The translations under genes and the position numbers were made by a program. This document shows positions 60,206 through 64,000 of a stretch of DNA of 64,000 nucleotides, in pieces. The notes beneath the pieces were generated by a model. That model ran no database searches. It was not told the DNA's origin and saw nothing but the letters and a program-made list of their open reading frames with translations. This stretch comes from Spirochaetia bacterium (lineage in GTDB: Bacteria; Spirochaetota; Spirochaetia; DSM-2461), in the NCBI GenBank assembly GCA_963668315.1, contig OY764216.1:4768001-4832000 (forward strand). Direction: 5' to 3'. Within the stretch, counting starts at the first letter, position 1. Every line of letters starts with the position of its first letter.

Positions 60206-61572
60206 ACGTTCATCTCCCCGGCGGGAATTTCCTCCCGGGGAAGCTTCTTCAGTTCCGGAATAATCAGAGCCATTCCCAGAAGACCTCCCAGGAGATGGCT
60301 GACCGGGGTGGCGGCCCAGACCCCGTCCAGACCGAAGCGGACGGGTAGCAGCCCGAGGGGCAGCAGATAGAAAAGAGTGCTCTGCCCTATATTCAGTATG
60401 ACGGCCTTGAACGCTTTCCCCACGGACTGGAAATAGATGACAGAAATCATCTGTATCGACAAAAGGGGGATCATGGCCAGATAGATATCCAGACCCCGCC
60501 GCCCCATATCGATAAGCTCCCGGTCTCCCCGGCTGAACAGTCCGATAAGACTTCCCCCGAAAAGCCAGACCGCGGCCAGCCCCAGAAAGGCGATGGCCAG
60601 CCCGAAAAGATACCCCCGCATCAGGATGCTTCTGACTCTCCCGTAAAGCCGGGCCCCGTAGTTGTATCCCAGGATGGGCTGGGCCCCCATCTGCACGCCC
60701 CGGATGGGAGTCTGGATTATCATGAACAGGCTCATGACGGCGCCCAGGGCTCCCAGTGCCAGATCGCTGCCGTATCTCAGCAGGGCCCGGTTCCCGAAGA
60801 CAGCCACAAAGGTGGTGGCCAGGTTAAAAAGGAAGGGGGCCATGCCGATGGAGATCATTCTCATGACAAGGGGGCCGTTGATACGGAAGAACCGAAGCCG
60901 GAGGGTCAGATAGCGCCGGCGGCTCAGGGTAAAATGAAAAATGACCACCCCGGCCGTTACGATGCGGGAAAGAACGGTGGCCCAGGCGACCCCGGCCACG
61001 CCCCAGTGGAAGACAAAGAGAAAAAGGGGATCGAGCACAATGTTTATGAGGGCGCCCGAAACGGCGATGATCATGGCCAGCCGGGGGTTGCCTTCGCTGC
61101 GGATCGCCCCGTTCGTCCCCATGGCCATGAAATCGGTGGCCATGAAGGGCAGGAATATGGAGAGATAGCGTTTCGCATAGGCCATGGTAACATCCGTGGC
61201 TCCCACGAGGCGCAGGAGGGGATGGAGAAAAAGAGTGCCCCCCACGGCCACGGCGCATCCGAGGAGGAAGTAGAGAAAGAACGTGCTTCCCAGGGCCTTC
61301 TCCGCCTCCTCCTTCTTCTGTTCCCCCAGATTCAGGGAGATGACGGCGGAGTTTCCTGCGCCGAAAAGGACGCCTATGGCAATGGATAGGATAAAGATGG
61401 GAAAGGTAAGGGTCACCCCGGCGAGGGCGTCGGTTCCCAGTCCCTTCCCTATATAGATGCGGTCCACTATATTATATAAGGCCTGCACGCTTGTGGAGAT
61501 GACGGCGGGGATGGAATATTTCAGTAGGACCCGGGTCACATCCATGGACCGGAACTCGTCAACCTGCTTCAT
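60202..61572 (-). CDS. MATE efflux transporter (MepA-like)
   Basis: YNIVDRIYIG, NIVLDPLF, QPILGYNYGA; start moved to ATG 61572, because the ORF-track start overlaps nfnA. Confidence 0.92.
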   Translation of the reverse strand: MKQVDEFRSMDVTRVLLKYSIPAVISTSVQALYNIVDRIYIGKGLGTDALAGVTLTFPIFILSIAIGVLFGAGNSAVISLNLGEQKKEEAEKALGSTFFLYFLLGCAVAVGGTLFLHPLLRLVGATDVTMAYAKRYLSIFLPFMATDFMAMGTNGAIRSEGNPRLAMIIAVSGALINIVLDPLFLFVFHWGVAGVAWATVLSRIVTAGVVIFHFTLSRRRYLTLRLRFFRINGPLVMRMISIGMAPFLFNLATTFVAVFGNRALLRYGSDLALGALGAVMSLFMIIQTPIRGVQMGAQPILGYNYGARLYGRVRSILMRGYLFGLAIAFLGLAAVWLFGGSLIGLFSRGDRELIDMGRRGLDIYLAMIPLLSIQMISVIYFQSVGKAFKAVILNIGQSTLFYLLPLGLLPVRFGLDGVWAATPVSHLLGGLLGMALIIPELKKLPREEIPAGEMNV

Positions 61573-61708
61573 GCCTTTCATAGTACAGGGGAAGATGGGA
61601 AAAGACAAGGAACTTATTCTGACACATACTTTGGTTCCGTCCGTTAAGAGCTTGATTTTTTCTCGGTTTTTGTTGAAGATATATTCGGAGAAAACGTGAG
61701 GTAAATAT

Positions 61709-62563
61709 ATGGCACGAATTATAATGAAACAGCAGCTTTCGGAAAATGTCTTCCGGATGCGCCTAGCAGCCCCCTTAATTGCCCAGGAGCGAAAGGCCGG
61801 GCAGTTTATTATTCTACAGATAGATAAGGATTGGGGAGAGAGAATTCCCCTGACCATAGCCCAGGCCGAGCCCTACGACGGCACGATTGACCTGGTCTTC
61901 CAGGCGCTGGGAGCTACGACGAAAAAGCTGAGCATGAAGCAGGAGGGGGATGAGATAGCCAACATCCTCGGCCCCCTGGGAACACCGACCCATATTCAAA
62001 AATACGACCGCCCCGTGGTCTGCGTGGGGGGAGGTATCGGCGTGGCGCCCCTCAACCCCATTATCGAAGCCCATAAACACGCGGGCAACCGGGTCATATC
62101 CATCATCGGAGCCCGGACGAAGGAACTGGTGATTATGGAGAAGGAGATCCGCTCCCATTCGGACAAGGTCATCATCTGTACCGACGACGGCTCCTACGGA
62201 CGCAAGTCTTTGGTAACCGAGCCTCTTAAGGAGCTCTGCGAGTCGGATGAGCCGCCGGCGGAGGTTATCGCCATCGGTCCCACGATTATGATGAAGTTCT
62301 GCACCCTTACCACCAAACCCTACAACGTGAAGACCACCGTTTCCCTGAATACCATCATGGTCGACGGCACGGGTATGTGCGGCGGCTGCCGCGTCAGTGT
62401 GGGGGGGAAAACCAAATTCGTCTGCGTGGACGGACCGGAATTCGACGGCCATCAGGTCGATTTTGACAACATGATGAAGAGAATGAACACCTACAAGGAA
62501 CAGGAATCGGACCATCGATGCCGCCTCGATGCGGCGATAGCCGAGATAGAGGGACACAAATGA
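61709..62563 (+). CDS. nfnA: NfnA-type (sulfide/dihydroorotate dehydrogenase-like) FAD/[2Fe-2S] subunit
   Basis: GQFII, ERIPLTI, GPLG, GGGIG, MVDGTGMCGGCR...CVDGPEF. Confidence 0.88.
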   Translation: MARIIMKQQLSENVFRMRLAAPLIAQERKAGQFIILQIDKDWGERIPLTIAQAEPYDGTIDLVFQALGATTKKLSMKQEGDEIANILGPLGTPTHIQKYDRPVVCVGGGIGVAPLNPIIEAHKHAGNRVISIIGARTKELVIMEKEIRSHSDKVIICTDDGSYGRKSLVTEPLKELCESDEPPAEVIAIGPTIMMKFCTLTTKPYNVKTTVSLNTIMVDGTGMCGGCRVSVGGKTKFVCVDGPEFDGHQVDFDNMMKRMNTYKEQESDHRCRLDAAIAEIEGHK

Positions 62564-64000
62564 GCCATAAGACACCGGAAGAACTGAGAGAAGAAGCCCA
62601 GGCTATATTGAAAGGATTCGAAGGAAAGACCCTGACAAACAAGGACCGTCTCTCCATCCCTCCCCAGGATATGCCCAGCCAGGACCCGAAGATACGGGGC
62701 GGCAATATGGAGGAAGTAGCCCTGGGTTATTTCGAGGAGCAGGTCAAGGCGGAAGCCATGCGCTGCGTCCAGTGCAAGAACGCCCCCTGCATCAAGGGAT
62801 GTCCCGTGGGAATAGACATTCCCGGTTTTATCCGTGAGGCGGGAGAAGGCCGCTTTGAAGAGGCCATCGGGATTATCCGCAACTCCAGCCTGCTACCGGC
62901 CATCTGCGGCCGGGTCTGTCCCCAGGAGAAGCAGTGCATGTCCCAGTGTACCGTGGGAAAAAGCCGCAAAGATCCCCTCAAGTCCGTTCAGATCGGACGG
63001 ATCGAGCGTTTCCTGGCCGACTGGGACCGGGCAAGGCCGGAGAAGAAGATTCCCGCGATTGCCGCTTCCACCGGGATGAAGGTGGGTGTTATCGGCTCCG
63101 GTCCCTCCGGGCTGACCGCAGCCGCCGAACTGCGCCGCGCCGGCCATGACGTGGTGATTTTCGAAGCCTTCCATAAGCCGGGGGGGGTGACGATTTACGG
63201 GATTCCCGAATTCCGCCTTCCCAAGGCCATCGTGGAGGAGGAAGTATCCCTTCTCAAGGATATGGGAATCAAATTTGAGATGAACTTTCTGGTCGGTCGG
63301 ACCAGACGGATTAAAACCCTTCTGGAACGGGACCATTTCGACGCCCTTTACATTGCCACCGGAGCGGGTCTTCCCAAGTTCCTCGGCATCGAGGGGGAGA
63401 ACCTGGTGGGCGTTTTCGCCGCCAATGAGTACCTGACCCGGGCCAACATGATGAGGGCCACTGTGCGGGACAAGTCGGACACGCCCCTCTTCCAGGCCAA
63501 AAAGGTCGCCATCTTCGGCGGAGGCAACGTGGCCATGGACGCCGCCCGGACCGCCCTTCGGGGAGGAGCCGAGGAAGTCCATGTGATCTACCGCCGGACC
63601 GAAGAGGAGATGCCCGCCCGGGCCGAGGAAGTGGCCCATGCCAGGGAAGAGGGCATTATCTTCGACCTTCTGACCAACCCCGTACGGATACTGGGCGATG
63701 AAAACGACCGGGTCAGGGCGATAGAGTGCCTGAGGTACGAACTGGGCGAACCGGACGCATCGGGCCGGAGAAGGCCTGTGGCCATCGAGGGCAGCGAGTT
63801 CGAGATCGAAGTGGACGCCTGTATCGTTTCCATCGGAAGCGGTTCTAACCCGCTGATTTCCCAGACCACTCCCGAATTGAGCGTGACCGAAAGGGGCACG
63901 ATCATAGCCGACGACTGGGGCCGGACCAGCATGGACCGGGTTTACGCCGGTGGAGATATTGTTCAGGGCGCCGCCACGGTGATCCTGGCCATGGGAGACG
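62560..64000 (+). CDS. nfnB: NfnB-type / GltD-like subunit (3' end truncated by the window)
   Basis: Manual translation from ATG 62560: RCVQCKNAPCIKGCP, CGRVCPQEKQC, GSGPSG, GGGNVAMD; ATGA overlap with nfnA. Confidence 0.85.
   Translation, partial: MSHKTPEELREEAQAILKGFEGKTLTNKDRLSIPPQDMPSQDPKIRGGNMEEVALGYFEEQVKAEAMRCVQCKNAPCIKGCPVGIDIPGFIREAGEGRFEEAIGIIRNSSLLPAICGRVCPQEKQCMSQCTVGKSRKDPLKSVQIGRIERFLADWDRARPEKKIPAIAASTGMKVGVIGSGPSGLTAAAELRRAGHDVVIFEAFHKPGGVTIYGIPEFRLPKAIVEEEVSLLKDMGIKFEMNFLVGRTRRIKTLLERDHFDALYIATGAGLPKFLGIEGENLVGVFAANEYLTRANMMRATVRDKSDTPLFQAKKVAIFGGGNVAMDAARTALRGGAEEVHVIYRRTEEEMPARAEEVAHAREEGIIFDLLTNPVRILGDENDRVRAIECLRYELGEPDASGRRRPVAIEGSEFEIEVDACIVSIGSGSNPLISQTTPELSVTERGTIIADDWGRTSMDRVYAGGDIVQGAATVILAMGD

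Noticed and set aside
61573..61857. N-terminal extension of the MATE ORF (and similar extensions at 4531, 13889, 25112, 28194, 37753, 42641, 50874, 58113)
   Set aside because: These overlap promoters, terminators or neighbouring genes, or lack an SD. Downstream starts fit SD, gene-overlap or leaderless signals.
62560..64000. Glutamate synthase call
   Set aside because: No gltB is visible in the window, and coupling to an NfnA-type gene favours an NfnAB transhydrogenase.

Overview
This is a gene-dense, GC-rich chromosomal segment of an anaerobic spirochaete. The taxon is inferred from an FlcA-like collar protein, a DUF5312-like protein and spirochaete-type lipoproteins. It carries housekeeping genes (parB-parA, era, rsmG-mnmG-mnmE, ychF, birA, class II RNR) and many fermentative redox genes: rex divergent from an hfs-type [FeFe]-hydrogenase operon, a CBS-kinase/DRTGG/PHP module, rubrerythrin, two EFR1-type ferredoxins, ilvE divergent from pta-buk, and nfnAB. 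Sugar-acid and sulfatase genes are also present. I found no rRNA, tRNA, CRISPR array, integrase or transposase. The most notable observations are: (1) a split H2/NADH/adenylate-sensing signalling system; (2) at least 11 genes whose sigma70 -35/-10 boxes sit 6-8 nt before the start codon (leaderless); (3) an ilvE/pta-buk branched-chain fermentation module; (4) an APS reductase fused to an N-terminal CxxC domain; (5) a candidate leader peptide in front of a CNNM/CorC gene; and (6) an AT-shifted orphan lipoprotein. All calls come from reading motifs by eye; no database searches were run.
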